A DNA stretch of 44,588 nucleotides from Patescibacteria group bacterium (GTDB lineage Bacteria > Patescibacteriota > Patescibacteriia > Veblenbacterales > UBA10138): assembly GCA_043823825.1 (NCBI GenBank), contig JBDRTU010000052.1, positions 1 to 44,588 on the forward strand, written 5' to 3'. Below are positions 19,207-29,761 of the stretch, in pieces. Under the pieces are notes generated by a model. That model worked only from the letters and a program-made list of their open reading frames with translations. It was not told the DNA's origin and did no database searches. Each line of letters begins with the position of its first letter. The first letter of the stretch is position 1. The position numbers and the translations under genes were made by a program.

Positions 19207-20421
19207 TTAAGCTAGTTCTACAAAACGACGACTACCAACTTGTATAATCATTCCCGGCTTGGGGTTGATGATTTTTTGCCAATCAGAAACCTTGACTTTA
19301 TTTATTTTAACTCCTCCTTGCACTAGCAAACGCCGCGCCTCACCTTTACTAGTTGCTAATTTTAACAATACTAATAACTCAATCACTGACAATGATTTGG
19401 TACCAATCGGAATTTTGCCTTTAGGAAGATGCTGTGGGGTTTCTTTGCTACGATGAATCAAATCAAATTCTTTAGCTACTTGTCGTGCCTGGGTGACGCT
19501 ATGATACAAAGCCACAATTTCATAAGCTAAACGCGCCTTGCTATCACGTGGATTCGCCACCTGCTTTAAACTTTTCTCAATTGCTTTAATTTCTTCATCA
19601 GCTACCTGGGTGGCTAACTGAAAATATTTTATGATTAATTTATCAGTTAACGACATTACCTTACCATACATCTCAAGTGGGGAATCAATAATATTAATAA
19701 CATTGCCCCAACTGGTAGACATTTTGCGCCCATCCGTTCCTTCTAACATGCTGAAAGTAATAATATCCTGTGGCGGCTGTTTATATAATTCCTGCACCAC
19801 TCTGCCAGCGTGCAAATTAAACAATTGATCAGTGCCCCCTACTTCCACATCGCTCCTTACTGCCGCTGAATCAAAACCTTGCATTAACGGATAAAGAAAT
19901 TCTCGCAAACTTATCTCTACTCCTTTACTATAGCGTTCCTTAAAATTACGGCGTGCTAGCATTTGCTGCACACTAAAGGATTCCGCCAGCCGAGCCACTT
20001 CCATAAAAGTCATGGCTTGAAGCCACTCACTGTTATAGCGCCACTCCACTTGGTTTAAATCCAAAATTAGCCCCAGCTGCTTTTTATAATCTTTTAAGTT
20101 GGTGCGTACTTGGTCCACTGTTAACAGCGGCCGCTTAGCTAATTTATCCGAAGGGTCACCCACTAAGGCAGTAAAGTCGCCAATAATTAAAACGATTTGA
20201 TGTCCCAATTCCTGAAACTCTCTTAGCTTCCATAATGTCACCGCTCTACCAAGATGAAGTTTAGGACCGGTCGGATCAAAACCTAATTTTACCCTAAGCC
20301 GCTCGCCTTTCAATAGTCTATTTTTTAAGTGCTTAGCCACAAACACTTGCTCAACATTGCGAGTTAATAGTTGCTTTATCTTAACTGGGTCGTTATTAAC
20401 TTTAGTCATAGTTGTTTTCAT
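19207..20421 (-). CDS. tyrS: Tyrosine--tRNA ligase
   Basis: GFDPT, HLGR, YPLMQGFD, GGTDQLFN, KMSTS, S4-like C-terminus. Confidence 0.97.
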   Translation of the reverse strand: MKTTMTKVNNDPVKIKQLLTRNVEQVFVAKHLKNRLLKGERLRVKLGFDPTGPKLHLGRAVTLWKLREFQELGHQIVLIIGDFTALVGDPSDKLAKRPLLTVDQVRTNLKDYKKQLGLILDLNQVEWRYNSEWLQAMTFMEVARLAESFSVQQMLARRNFKERYSKGVEISLREFLYPLMQGFDSAAVRSDVEVGGTDQLFNLHAGRVVQELYKQPPQDIITFSMLEGTDGRKMSTSWGNVINIIDSPLEMYGKVMSLTDKLIIKYFQLATQVADEEIKAIEKSLKQVANPRDSKARLAYEIVALYHSVTQARQVAKEFDLIHRSKETPQHLPKGKIPIGTKSLSVIELLVLLKLATSKGEARRLLVQGGVKINKVKVSDWQKIINPKPGMIIQVGSRRFVELA

Positions 20422-20459
20422 TGTAGCACGCAGCTTGCTATAATTGAATAAGCTCTAAT

Positions 20460-23276
20460 ATGAAAAGAAGAGTTTTTTCACCTCGCCGGGATGTTAGTTG
20501 GCACTCACGCCGATTAGTTTTCCGTGCTAGTAAAAAAAATCGCAGCGGTTGGCTTTGGCGACTATTCTTTATTTTGTTAGCCGTGGGCGCCGTAACGGTA
20601 ATAGTGGTCTTTCTTTGGGTTGCTAGAGATTTACCAACTCCCGAAGGTATTGCTCATCGCATCATCCCGCAAAGTACTAAAATCTATGACCGTACTGGCG
20701 AAACAGTCCTGTTTGATATTCATGGTGAAGAACGCCGCACTAGTGTGGAGTTAAGCAATATTCCTGAACATCTTAAGCAAGCTACTTTAGTAGCTGAGGA
20801 CAGAAATTTTTACACTCATCAAGGTTTTAAATTTACCTCGATGGTGCGTTCGTTGTTGGTTAATCTAATCCGAGGCGGCAAGGCACAGGGCGGTTCAACT
20901 ATTACTCAACAATTTATTAAAAATGCGATTGTTGGGGGAGAAAAAAAATATTCAAGAAAAATCAAAGAAATAATTTTAGCCTACCAGATTGAACAAAAAT
21001 TCTCTAAGGACGAGATTCTAAAACTATATTTTAATGAAATTCCTTATGGTTCTAATGCCTATGGTGCCGAAGCCGCTGCTCACCTTTTTTTTGGCAAAGG
21101 AGTTAAAGATATAAATTTGGCTGAAGCCGCTATCCTAGCAGCTCTTCCTAAGGCACCGAGCTATTATTCGCCTTGGGGAATTCATAAAGACGAACTAATT
21201 GGTCGTCAACAATTTATTCTGAACCAAATGGTAGAAGGAGGATATATTGACCAGGCTGCTGCTGACCAAGCTATTGCCGAGGAACTAAATTTTATTACTA
21301 GACAGGAAAATATTATTGCCCCCCACTTTGTCTTTTATATCAAAGAACAAGTGGCAGATAATTATGGTGAACGCCAAGTGGAGCAAGGCGGCTTAAAAAT
21401 CATCACTACACTAGATTTAGAAGCACAGAAAGCAGCCGAAGAAGCTATTGCTGAAAGCGAAGAAAAAAACGAATCTTTTAATGCTGGCAATGCGTCGTTG
21501 ACAGCAATAGATATATCAACCGGTCAAATCATAGCTATGGTTGGTTCACGTGATTTTTTTAATGATGACATTTCCGGCCAAGTGAATGTAGCGACGCGGC
21601 CCCGTCAACCTGGCTCCTCTTTTAAACCCTTTGTTTATGCCGCTGCTTTTGACAAGGGTTACCCCACCAATACCCTGCTTTTTGATGTAGTTACTAGGTT
21701 TAAAACAGACACCAAAGACTATACTCCCCATAATTACGACTCCAAAGAACGTGGGCCAGTAACCTTACGGCAAGCCTTAGCAGGCTCTTTAAATATACCA
21801 GCTGTTAAATTGTTATACCTGACCGGCATTGACCATGTGCTTGATTTGGCAAAACAGTTAGGATATACGACCTTGACAGAGCGTAGCCGCTTTGGTCTAT
21901 CGCTAGTATTGGGTGGGGCCGAAATTAAATTGTTAGAGCATGTTAACGCTTATGCCACCCTGGCACGTCAAGGCCAATTTAAACCAACCAGTAGCATTTT
22001 AAAAATAGAGGATGCCACTGGTAAAATCTTGGAAGAATATAAGGAACCGAAAACAAAAAAAATACTAGAACAACAAATCGCGAACGAAGTGACTGACATA
22101 CTGGCTGATAATAGTGCGCGAGAATATATTTTTGGCGCTAATAACTATTTAACTTTGGGCGACCGGCCAGCAGCTGCAAAAACCGGAACCACTAATGATT
22201 ATCGTGACGCTTGGACTATTGGTTATACCCCGGGAGTAGCGGCTGGTGTTTGGGTGGGGAATAGTGATAACAGTGAAATGAAACGTGGCGCGGATGGTTC
22301 GGTGGTGGCAGCGCCGATTTGGCTTAATTTTATGCAAAAATTGTTAAAAGGTAAACCAGTTGAAGAATTTACCGCACCAGAAGAGCGTCTGGTTGATAAA
22401 CTAATGTTAAATGGCCAACTAACTGGTGGTGATGTATTAATTGATAGGGCTTCTGGGAAACTCGCAACCGAATTGACTCCTTCAACTTTTATTGAACGCC
22501 GCCGCTTTCGCCAATATCATACTATTTTACATTATTTAGATAAAAATAATCCATTAAGTAATAATGAATTTAATCCTTTTACTGATCCGCAATATACTAA
22601 TTGGGAAGAAGCGGTAACGCGTTGGACCGAAGAACAAGGCTTTTCTAACGAACAACCGCCTACTGAATACGACGATGTTCATATTGCCGCTAACCGACCC
22701 GAATTATCTCTTACCAACCCACGTAATAATGACACCATAACCAGCAATCCAGTAACCTTATCAGTAAATACCTCTGCGCGTCGAGGCGTTAGGCGCGTTG
22801 AATACTTATTAGACAATCAATTAATTGGTGAAAGCAAGCAATCCCCTTTTTCTTTTACTTTTTCTATTACAGATGATTGGGATAATGGTTTTCATACTTT
22901 AACTGGCCGTGCTTATGACGACGTTGATAATATGGCAGAAAGCCAATCTACTTTTAATCTATTAGTAACCCCATTGCCTTCACCTTATCATATCAATTGG
23001 TTGAGTCCTAAAGATGGTACGCAAATATCGTTTGACCAATCGCCAATTGAGTTGAAATTATCTTTAGACCACCCTGAGTTATTAGAGAAAATTGACGCTT
23101 ATTATAAAAAAGACCAAGGCGCGTCAATTTGGTTAGGGTTTGTTGACCAATTAAAAAATGAAGTAAATCTTAGTTGGCAACCTGCCGAAGTAGGTAACTA
23201 TACTTTATTTTTAGTGCTACGTGATACAAACGGTATTACTAAAACCACTAAACCTATTACCATAATAGTAGAATAA
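20460..23276 (+). CDS. Class A penicillin-binding protein (PBP1A) with C-terminal Ig-like domains
   Basis: EDRNF, GGSTITQQ, RKIKE, SSFK, SLN, KTGT. Confidence 0.95.
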   Translation: MKRRVFSPRRDVSWHSRRLVFRASKKNRSGWLWRLFFILLAVGAVTVIVVFLWVARDLPTPEGIAHRIIPQSTKIYDRTGETVLFDIHGEERRTSVELSNIPEHLKQATLVAEDRNFYTHQGFKFTSMVRSLLVNLIRGGKAQGGSTITQQFIKNAIVGGEKKYSRKIKEIILAYQIEQKFSKDEILKLYFNEIPYGSNAYGAEAAAHLFFGKGVKDINLAEAAILAALPKAPSYYSPWGIHKDELIGRQQFILNQMVEGGYIDQAAADQAIAEELNFITRQENIIAPHFVFYIKEQVADNYGERQVEQGGLKIITTLDLEAQKAAEEAIAESEEKNESFNAGNASLTAIDISTGQIIAMVGSRDFFNDDISGQVNVATRPRQPGSSFKPFVYAAAFDKGYPTNTLLFDVVTRFKTDTKDYTPHNYDSKERGPVTLRQALAGSLNIPAVKLLYLTGIDHVLDLAKQLGYTTLTERSRFGLSLVLGGAEIKLLEHVNAYATLARQGQFKPTSSILKIEDATGKILEEYKEPKTKKILEQQIANEVTDILADNSAREYIFGANNYLTLGDRPAAAKTGTTNDYRDAWTIGYTPGVAAGVWVGNSDNSEMKRGADGSVVAAPIWLNFMQKLLKGKPVEEFTAPEERLVDKLMLNGQLTGGDVLIDRASGKLATELTPSTFIERRRFRQYHTILHYLDKNNPLSNNEFNPFTDPQYTNWEEAVTRWTEEQGFSNEQPPTEYDDVHIAANRPELSLTNPRNNDTITSNPVTLSVNTSARRGVRRVEYLLDNQLIGESKQSPFSFTFSITDDWDNGFHTLTGRAYDDVDNMAESQSTFNLLVTPLPSPYHINWLSPKDGTQISFDQSPIELKLSLDHPELLEKIDAYYKKDQGASIWLGFVDQLKNEVNLSWQPAEVGNYTLFLVLRDTNGITKTTKPITIIVE

Positions 23277-23324
23277 ACTCATTCACCTAATGGATAAGTA
23301 AGTGAGGACGGACCAACATCTTGC

Positions 23325-24440
23325 TTACTGCCTAATTGGCATAATTATGTAGCTGTAATCATCACCAGATGCTGGTTTTAATAATCCAGGATTATTAGTA
23401 TCAACAATCGCCAGTTGCACTTCCTTGCCAGAAATAGCATTTAACCCATCAATTAAATAACGGTAATTAAAAACAATTTCATTATTACTACCCGTAGCTT
23501 TAATTAATGTTAAAGTAGAACTATCTTCACCTAGTTGACTATTGGCTGAGGAAACTAATAGTTTTTTGGTTGATGGTTCTGTTTGCAATCTTACATCATT
23601 AATACCTGCTCGAGTAAATAAACTCGCGCTTTTTACTGCTTGGAGTAAAGAAGTGCGATCTACTAATAATTCACTATTAAATGTTTTAGGTATGATCTGT
23701 TGATAATCTGGAAACTGGGCAGTGATGATACGTGAGACTATTTTACTTTCACCTATTTGCCACATCACTTGATTGTCTCCTACTCGTATTTCCACTTCTT
23801 TAGTTTCTTCGTGAGTATTAAGAATACGAACTAATTGCTGTACTGTCCTTACTGGTATAATTAATTGCCCTGCCCCTAATTGCCCTTTACTAATCAAAAT
23901 TATTTTTTCAGCTAAGCGATAACTGTCGGTTGCGACTAGTGCTAATTTTTTATCATTAACCATATTAATCAATACCCCAGAGATCTCGGGGCGCGCTTCT
24001 TGGGGGTTAACCGCTATCAACACTTGATTCAAAGCTTCAGCTAAATCTTGACTATCTACCACCACATTACCTTTAGCTGCAACTTCAGGAATCACGGGAA
24101 AATCCTCAGCTGTTAATCCATGGATAACTGTTTGATGTCCAGCGCAACTAATTTTTAAATCTAAATTATCAAGCTCTAAATCAACACGGTCATTGGGCAA
24201 TAACGCCACTAATTCGGTAAAAAGTTTTCCTTGTATAGTAATAGACCCCTCAACACCAACCTTACCACGAACAATAGTTACAACACCTACTTCTAAATTA
24301 GTGGATGAGATAGTTAACGCACCGCCTTCAGTTTTTAATAAAACATTATTTAAAATAGGTAACGTGGTGTTTCGCCCAGTGACATAGCCAGTTATCAACA
24401 AGCCTTTATATAAATTTTCTTTAGTACATGATATTTTCAT
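23325..24440 (-). CDS. dnaN: DNA polymerase III beta clamp
   Basis: TLPILNNVL, ATDSYRL, FPDY, IMPIR; adjacent to dnaA. Confidence 0.97.
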   Translation of the reverse strand: MKISCTKENLYKGLLITGYVTGRNTTLPILNNVLLKTEGGALTISSTNLEVGVVTIVRGKVGVEGSITIQGKLFTELVALLPNDRVDLELDNLDLKISCAGHQTVIHGLTAEDFPVIPEVAAKGNVVVDSQDLAEALNQVLIAVNPQEARPEISGVLINMVNDKKLALVATDSYRLAEKIILISKGQLGAGQLIIPVRTVQQLVRILNTHEETKEVEIRVGDNQVMWQIGESKIVSRIITAQFPDYQQIIPKTFNSELLVDRTSLLQAVKSASLFTRAGINDVRLQTEPSTKKLLVSSANSQLGEDSSTLTLIKATGSNNEIVFNYRYLIDGLNAISGKEVQLAIVDTNNPGLLKPASGDDYSYIIMPIRQ

Positions 24441-24578
24441 AGTAGTAGATAAAGTGGAAAAAATTAATTAAATAAAGAAAAGGTTGTATTGGTTGATAAA
24501 ATAGTAATTTATACCTGTGATTAGTCTGCGTATAGTGTTGGGGTATAGTAGGGATAAGGTGGGTGTAATAAAAAATTT
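24441..24578. other. Candidate oriC segment (dnaA-dnaN intergenic region)
   Basis: AT-rich with degenerate DnaA-box-like 9-mers such as AGTGGAAAA; supported mainly by position. Confidence 0.45.
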
Positions 24579-25925
24579 CTAATTATTATAAAGTTGCTGG
24601 TGAATTAGGTGGATATCTTGTTGAATAGTACCATCATTATTTAAAGCTGCAGAAATTTTAATATAAGCATGCATAGCAGTGGTGTGGTCGCGATTACCTA
24701 ATTCTTGACCAATGGTTGGGTACGAGGCTTTAATTTCGTTTCTCATTAAATACATAGCTATTTGGCGTGGGGTTACTAACTGTTTTTTCCTACTTGCGCC
24801 CAATAAATCCTCTATCTTAACGTCATAATATCTAGATACCACGTTAATTATTTTTTTTGTGGTTAGGGCCTGACCTCGTTCGTGTTGGCTGTTGGTTTGT
24901 AAAATGCTTTTGACTGAGTCTAGGGTGGACGGCTGATTATTTAATTGATGATAGGCAATTATTTTATTTAAAGCACCCTCCAATTCCCTAACATTGTTTT
25001 GTATAGTGGTAGCTAAATAATTAATAATTTGTCCATTGAGAACGCAGTTTTTTTCTTTACATTTAGCTTCTAAAATTGCTGTTCTGGTTTCTAAATCCGG
25101 ACTTAAAATATCAGCCAGCATACCCCATTCAAAACGTGAAACTAAACGATGCTCCAGAGTAGGAATGGCTTTAGGTGGGCGGTCAGAGGTTATCACTATT
25201 TGTTTATTGGCTTGATGAAGATTATTAAAAGTATGAAAAAATTCTTCCTGCGTACCCTCTTTGCCAGCTAAGAATTGAACATCGTCGACTAATAAAGCAT
25301 CCACGCTACGATATCGGTTTTTAAATTTTTCCATAGTGCCCTTACTAATTGCTTCAATAAATTCATTTGTAAATTTTTCGCAGGTTATATACGATACTTT
25401 TTTATTGGGATCGCTTTTTACTATTTCATGGCCAATGGCTTGTAATAAGTGAGTTTTACCCAAACCTGCCCCACCATAAAGAAAAAGTGGATTGTAAGTT
25501 TGTCCGAGCGATTGAGTAACTGCTAGTGCTGCGGCACGTGCCAACTCATTGTTTTTACCAACAATAAAACTATCAAAAGTATAGTTAGGGCTCAAGCCAA
25601 TATTATTAACTGGTTGTTCTTGATTAAAAGTTGCTACAGAAGGTGCTGCTGAATTGTAATAATTTACACGTGCTTTATTAATATTAACTTGGTAGGCAAT
25701 TTGTTTAACAGATTGATTGGTGATATTGTTGAGGGCTTTTAAAATAAAGTCGTGGTATTTTTTTTCTAGCCAGGCTTTAGTAAAAGCATTGGGTACGGCT
25801 ATGACAATATGACCATCCTTACAAGAATCAATGTAAGTGTTTTTAAACCAAGTGGTGAAATTAGCTTTACTGATTAATAGCTCTAATTCACCAAGTGTTG
25901 ATTGCCACAATTGATCATTAGTCAT
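24579..25925 (-). CDS. dnaA: Chromosomal replication initiator
   Basis: YNPLFLYGGAGLGKTHL, DDVQF, QEEFFHTFN, RELEGAL, RDHTT. Confidence 0.99.
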   Translation of the reverse strand: MTNDQLWQSTLGELELLISKANFTTWFKNTYIDSCKDGHIVIAVPNAFTKAWLEKKYHDFILKALNNITNQSVKQIAYQVNINKARVNYYNSAAPSVATFNQEQPVNNIGLSPNYTFDSFIVGKNNELARAAALAVTQSLGQTYNPLFLYGGAGLGKTHLLQAIGHEIVKSDPNKKVSYITCEKFTNEFIEAISKGTMEKFKNRYRSVDALLVDDVQFLAGKEGTQEEFFHTFNNLHQANKQIVITSDRPPKAIPTLEHRLVSRFEWGMLADILSPDLETRTAILEAKCKEKNCVLNGQIINYLATTIQNNVRELEGALNKIIAYHQLNNQPSTLDSVKSILQTNSQHERGQALTTKKIINVVSRYYDVKIEDLLGASRKKQLVTPRQIAMYLMRNEIKASYPTIGQELGNRDHTTAMHAYIKISAALNNDGTIQQDIHLIHQQLYNN

Positions 25926-26091
25926 AAACTTAAGTAGTGTAATAAGTTATAGCATAAAATAGGCAAGTGGAAAACTAGTGGATGGTTTATTAAGTGTTTA
26001 TAACTTGTGAATTACATGGGGATACTATTATTTTTTTGACCAATTGCAAAGAGGTTGCTATAGTGAAAAGGCTTTTATTTTACAGATTGTT
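25926..26091. other. Candidate oriC segment / divergent dnaA-rpmH promoter region
   Basis: Degenerate boxes AGTGGAAAA 25966, TGTTTATAA 25995, TGTGAATTA 26006. Confidence 0.45.
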
Positions 26092-26229
26092 ATGCCAAAA
26101 AGAACATATCAACCTAAAAAACGACGACGTGCTCGCAAGCACGGTTTTCGCCATAGAATGAGTACTACTAGTGGTAGGCGAGTTTTAGCTCGAAGGCGTC
26201 GACGGGGACGTAAATTAATAAGTCAGTAA
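26092..26229 (+). CDS. rpmH: 50S ribosomal protein L34
   Basis: [23 protein letters not shown]; ATG at 26092. Confidence 0.97.
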   Translation: MPKRTYQPKKRRRARKHGFRHRMSTTSGRRVLARRRRRGRKLISQ

Positions 26230-26232
26230 TGA

Positions 26233-26574
26233 ATGTTAACTACGACGCACAAATTAAAAAGTGCGGTTGATTTTAATCGCCTTTATCGTTATGGGAAGCG
26301 AGCTGTTTTTCCAGTTTTTACATTGCGTTGGCTATCAATTAAAGGGCAGCAGTTAACTAGATTTGGAGTAGTGGCTTCAATTAAACAGCTAGGTAAGGCT
26401 AATGTGCGTAATCGAGCTAGGAGACGCTTGTGGTCGTCGCTTAATAAAACGCTTTTGTTATTTCCAGCTAAAAATTATCTAATTGCCTTTGTTCTTAAAA
26501 AAGAGATTATTAAAGTTTCCTGGCCATGCCTGATTAATATAGTTGAGCAAGCTGCTAAAAAGGTTCGTCCTTAA
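26233..26574 (+). CDS. rnpA: RNase P protein component
   Basis: RFGVVAS..GKANVRNRARRRL; conserved synteny. Confidence 0.92.
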   Translation: MLTTTHKLKSAVDFNRLYRYGKRAVFPVFTLRWLSIKGQQLTRFGVVASIKQLGKANVRNRARRRLWSSLNKTLLLFPAKNYLIAFVLKKEIIKVSWPCLINIVEQAAKKVRP

Positions 26575-26576
26575 TT

Positions 26577-26846
26577 ATGGCAACTTCTTTTTTTGCCAGT
26601 ATTCGACTACAAGTAAGGATGCTGATTCTAAGGTTTGTTAGGCTGTATCAAAAAATCTTATCACCCGATCATGGAGTGGGGCGCACTTTGGCTCCCTATC
26701 GCGGTTGTCGCTTTCATCCCTCTTGTTCTGAATATGCTTATCAGGCGATTGATAAGTATGGGGTGATTAAAGGTGGTATAATGGCTTTAAGGAGATTATT
26801 TCGTTGTCACCCTTGGCAGGCTGGCGGTCATGATCCAGTTCCCTAA
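26577..26846 (+). CDS. yidD: Membrane protein insertion efficiency factor
   Basis: YQKILSP, CRFHPSCSEY, RCHPW, GHDPVP. Confidence 0.95.
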   Translation: MATSFFASIRLQVRMLILRFVRLYQKILSPDHGVGRTLAPYRGCRFHPSCSEYAYQAIDKYGVIKGGIMALRRLFRCHPWQAGGHDPVP

Positions 26847-26863
26847 TTAAATACTTTATTATT

Positions 26864-27598
26864 ATGAAGCAATTTTTTACAACTATTTTCTATCAACCCT
26901 TATTTAATTTATTGGTTTGGCTTTATAATTTAGTGGGCGGCAATATTGCGCTGGCTATTATTTTGTTAACTGTGATTATTAAATTAGTTCTATACCCTTT
27001 TTCTCGCCAGTCGCTCAAATCTCAAAAAGCTTTGCAGGAAATTCAACCTAAAATTAATGAGTTAAAAATAAAATATAAGGACGATAAAGAAAAAATGACC
27101 AAAGAAATGATGCAGCTTTATCGTCAGGAAAAAGTAAACCCCTTCTCGTCTTGTCTACCGCTGTTAATCCAGCTGCCGTTCTTAATAGCAGTTTTCCAAG
27201 TTTTTCGAACTGGTTTAAACTCTGACAGTTTTGAATTACTATATTCTTTTGTGGCTAGCCCAGGGCACCTCGATGCTTTTATGTTTTCCTTTGATTTAAG
27301 TCAGCCGGTTTGGTTGTTTGGAGTTTTGGCTGGTATTGCTCAGTACTGGCAAACTAAAATGTTAATGAGTAAAAAACCAGCGGTTAAAAGCGATGGCTCT
27401 AAAGATGAAGGTATGGCTGCTACTATGAATAAACAAATGCTGTATTTTATGCCAGTCTTAACTGTGGTTTTTGGCTTTAGTCTGCCGGGTGGTTTGATGC
27501 TTTATTGGTTTATGAATACTATTTTAACCGTTGCTCAACAGTATTTAATGTTTGGCAAAAAGAAAGTTATCCCCGAACCAAATGTTACAACTCAGTGA
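26864..27598 (+). CDS. yidC: Membrane protein insertase YidC/Oxa1
   Basis: IQPKINELK, VNPFSSCLPLLIQLP, LYW. Confidence 0.95.
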   Translation: MKQFFTTIFYQPLFNLLVWLYNLVGGNIALAIILLTVIIKLVLYPFSRQSLKSQKALQEIQPKINELKIKYKDDKEKMTKEMMQLYRQEKVNPFSSCLPLLIQLPFLIAVFQVFRTGLNSDSFELLYSFVASPGHLDAFMFSFDLSQPVWLFGVLAGIAQYWQTKMLMSKKPAVKSDGSKDEGMAATMNKQMLYFMPVLTVVFGFSLPGGLMLYWFMNTILTVAQQYLMFGKKKVIPEPNVTTQ

Positions 27599-27854
27599 GA
27601 TAAAAAATTTACCAGTTTATACTAAAAGCGGCAAACACTTAGGTCGGGTAACTGATGTAGAGATTGATTCATTAAGCCAGCTAATTTTACGTTATCAAGT
27701 AAGCCATTGGCCCAAGATTCCGGGGCTATGGAAAGGCCGGCTGTTAATTGCGCGTGAGCAAGTTATTTCTATTTCTAAAAGCGCGATGATTGTGGAAGAT
27801 TCGTTATCGCCCGATTCCGCTTCTCGTGTTGAAGCCACACCAGTAGCAGGTTAA
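27582..27854 (+). CDS. PRC-barrel domain protein
   Basis: LPVYTKSGKHLGRVTDVEID; ATG at 27582. Confidence 0.8.
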   Translation: MLQLSEIKNLPVYTKSGKHLGRVTDVEIDSLSQLILRYQVSHWPKIPGLWKGRLLIAREQVISISKSAMIVEDSLSPDSASRVEATPVAG

Positions 27855-27913
27855 GGTGATTTACAAAAAAGAGGTAGATTACCAAATCATCTCTTTTTAA
27901 TTTTTTATTATAA

Positions 27914-28681
27914 TTAGATTAACCGCTTCTTGCCCACAATCACTCGCAGGTGTTGGGCCGCCACCTTAATGGTTACTGGCGTTTTTAGCACTCGCTCGCC
28001 ATCTACCACCACTGGCAAGGAGTTGCCCGGCGAGGTAATTCTGCATGATTCTATCACCAGCTGTGAACCGGGAATGACTTTTTTACTTAAGCCTAAAAAA
28101 TTTTTCTGCGGTAACGGCGTTAGTACAGTTTCAAACATTTTATTTTTGGGATTAGCCAACTTGGTTTGTCCATTCAATTCCCAGATATCTAAATTATTGA
28201 TTTTAATATTATGTGGATGGCTCAAAGCCACTGTAAATTGTTCATCGCAACTTACAGTTGGTGTTCCGGCGATGGTAACTGAACGAATAAAATATTGGTT
28301 ATTAACTTTACCAAGATCAATTTGCTCAACAATACGACTGGAAAGTACGTGACAAGCCAGTACTCCAATCGGAATACCTAGAAGTTTAGCAATTGATTGA
28401 TCTTTTTCTCCGATCGGTATAATACCCAAAGTAACATTTTGTTTTTTGCTGGCTAAAGCAATTGCCGCCTTGCTTACTGTTAAGTCGTTTCCCACTGTTA
28501 CAATTGTATCGGCTCCGTCTTTTAGTGCTGACTCAATTAATTCTTTAGCACTTTTTAAAATAGTCAAACGGCCAATTCGTCCTTGAATACCCAAATCAGT
28601 AAGAGTATTTTCAATTCTTACCAAAGAGTTAGCATGAACACGATCGCTAGTGTAGGTGTCGTACAAGTAAAAATACGGCAT
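27914..28681 (-). CDS. Diacylglycerol kinase catalytic-domain family protein
   Basis: VGNDLTV, LGIIPIG, IDLGKVN, VDGE. Confidence 0.8.
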   Translation of the reverse strand: MPYFYLYDTYTSDRVHANSLVRIENTLTDLGIQGRIGRLTILKSAKELIESALKDGADTIVTVGNDLTVSKAAIALASKKQNVTLGIIPIGEKDQSIAKLLGIPIGVLACHVLSSRIVEQIDLGKVNNQYFIRSVTIAGTPTVSCDEQFTVALSHPHNIKINNLDIWELNGQTKLANPKNKMFETVLTPLPQKNFLGLSKKVIPGSQLVIESCRITSPGNSLPVVVDGERVLKTPVTIKVAAQHLRVIVGKKRLI

Positions 28682-28713
28682 AATTAAGGCCGTTAACTAA
28701 ATTCCATTATTCA

Positions 28714-29121
28714 TTAATTAGAACTACTTTTTTTATTGACCTTAGCAACTGGGCTGGGGTTAGGAGCTTCTCCCTTTTCTAACACTCCCATTTGGCAACT
28801 ACCATTTAACTGGGCACCTTCTGCTACCACTAAAATTTTCGCCACAATATTACCCATAATTTTACTAGTAGGCATTAACTCCAATTTACCTGTTACAGCC
28901 ACATTACCTTTAACAAAACCAGCTACTTGGGCATTAGCTGCTTTTACATTAGCCATTATTTCCGCTTTTTCCCCTACTAGTACATTATGTTGAGTTGAAA
29001 TACTACCCTCCACCTTACCACCAACAATAATATTACCACCCCCTACTAATCCACCCTTTACTTTAATGGACGGACCGATAATCGTTTCGGAGCCGGCTGA
29101 GTCGTTGTCTTTTGAAAACAT
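28714..29121 (-). CDS. Bactofilin (polymer-forming cytoskeletal protein)
   Basis: ETIIGPSIKVKG and Gly/Val beta-helix repeats ending GAQLNGSCQM. Confidence 0.92.
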   Translation of the reverse strand: MFSKDNDSAGSETIIGPSIKVKGGLVGGGNIIVGGKVEGSISTQHNVLVGEKAEIMANVKAANAQVAGFVKGNVAVTGKLELMPTSKIMGNIVAKILVVAEGAQLNGSCQMGVLEKGEAPNPSPVAKVNKKSSSN

Positions 29122-29282
29122 AGGCTTATAAAAATTAATGACTTAGAGTACAGCTATTTTAGTATGTTTTCACTTCTTCGTCAAAAGCGATTGTCATAAA
29201 CTTACTCTTTAGGTAGGCTTAAGACGGGATGCATTATTACTTGGCCCTTTTACAATTTTCCGATTAAATAAGATGATATTTT

Positions 29283-29542
29283 GCCCTCGTAGTTTCCACC
29301 TCTGTTTTTGATAGTTTTTACTTCGGCGGATCCGCCATAATTATTGTAAAATAATGGAGGCGGACAATGGATACCTGCCCGCCATTGCCTGAGCCCCCAT
29401 AGCTCAACGGATAGAGCAAGCCCGTCCTAAGGGCGAGATGATGGTTCAATTCCGTCTGGGGGTATAGGCGATGGCAGGTGGGGAAGACTAATTAAGTTTT
29501 CACCCTTCGGGTGACCACCCGCAGGGTGGCGAGCTGGGGGCA
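29283..29542 (+). pseudogene. Outer degenerate tRNA-Arg scaffold with palindromic insertions (paralogue of 5024-5301)
   Basis: GCCCTCGTAGTT (29283-94), CAATGGATA (29365-73), GAA (29483-85) and acceptor-like TGGGGGCA (29535-42); same two insertion points as the 5-kb locus. Confidence 0.75.
29393..29464 (+). tRNA. tRNA-Arg(CCT), nested
   Basis: GCCCCCATAGCTCAACGGATAGAGCAAGCCC-GTCCTAA-GGGCGAGATGATGGTTCAATTCCGTCTGGGGGTA. Confidence 0.9.
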
Positions 29543-29546
29543 GTGA

Positions 29547-29620
29547 GGGCCCATAGTTAAGTGGTATAACGGTGCATTCGCATTGCACAGGCGGGAGTTC
29601 GATTCTCCCTGGGTCCACCA
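29547..29620 (+). tRNA. tRNA-Ala(CGC)
   Basis: Stem GTGCA/TGCAC, loop TTCGCAT, G3-U70, encoded CCA. Confidence 0.93.
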
Positions 29621-29761
29621 GACAGGAAATGGCAAGCAAGAGGCAACCGCCTCGCTTCGCTCGGCGACCAAATCGTAAGATTTTCTGGGCGAAAAAAGCA
29701 GTTGGCGATTCTGCGAAATGCGTCCGAACTATCTACAATATAGACCACCAAGAAAAGATCA

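Noticed and set aside
19207-20421. HLGR and KMSTS in TyrRS
   Set aside because: Within the normal variation of class I signature motifs
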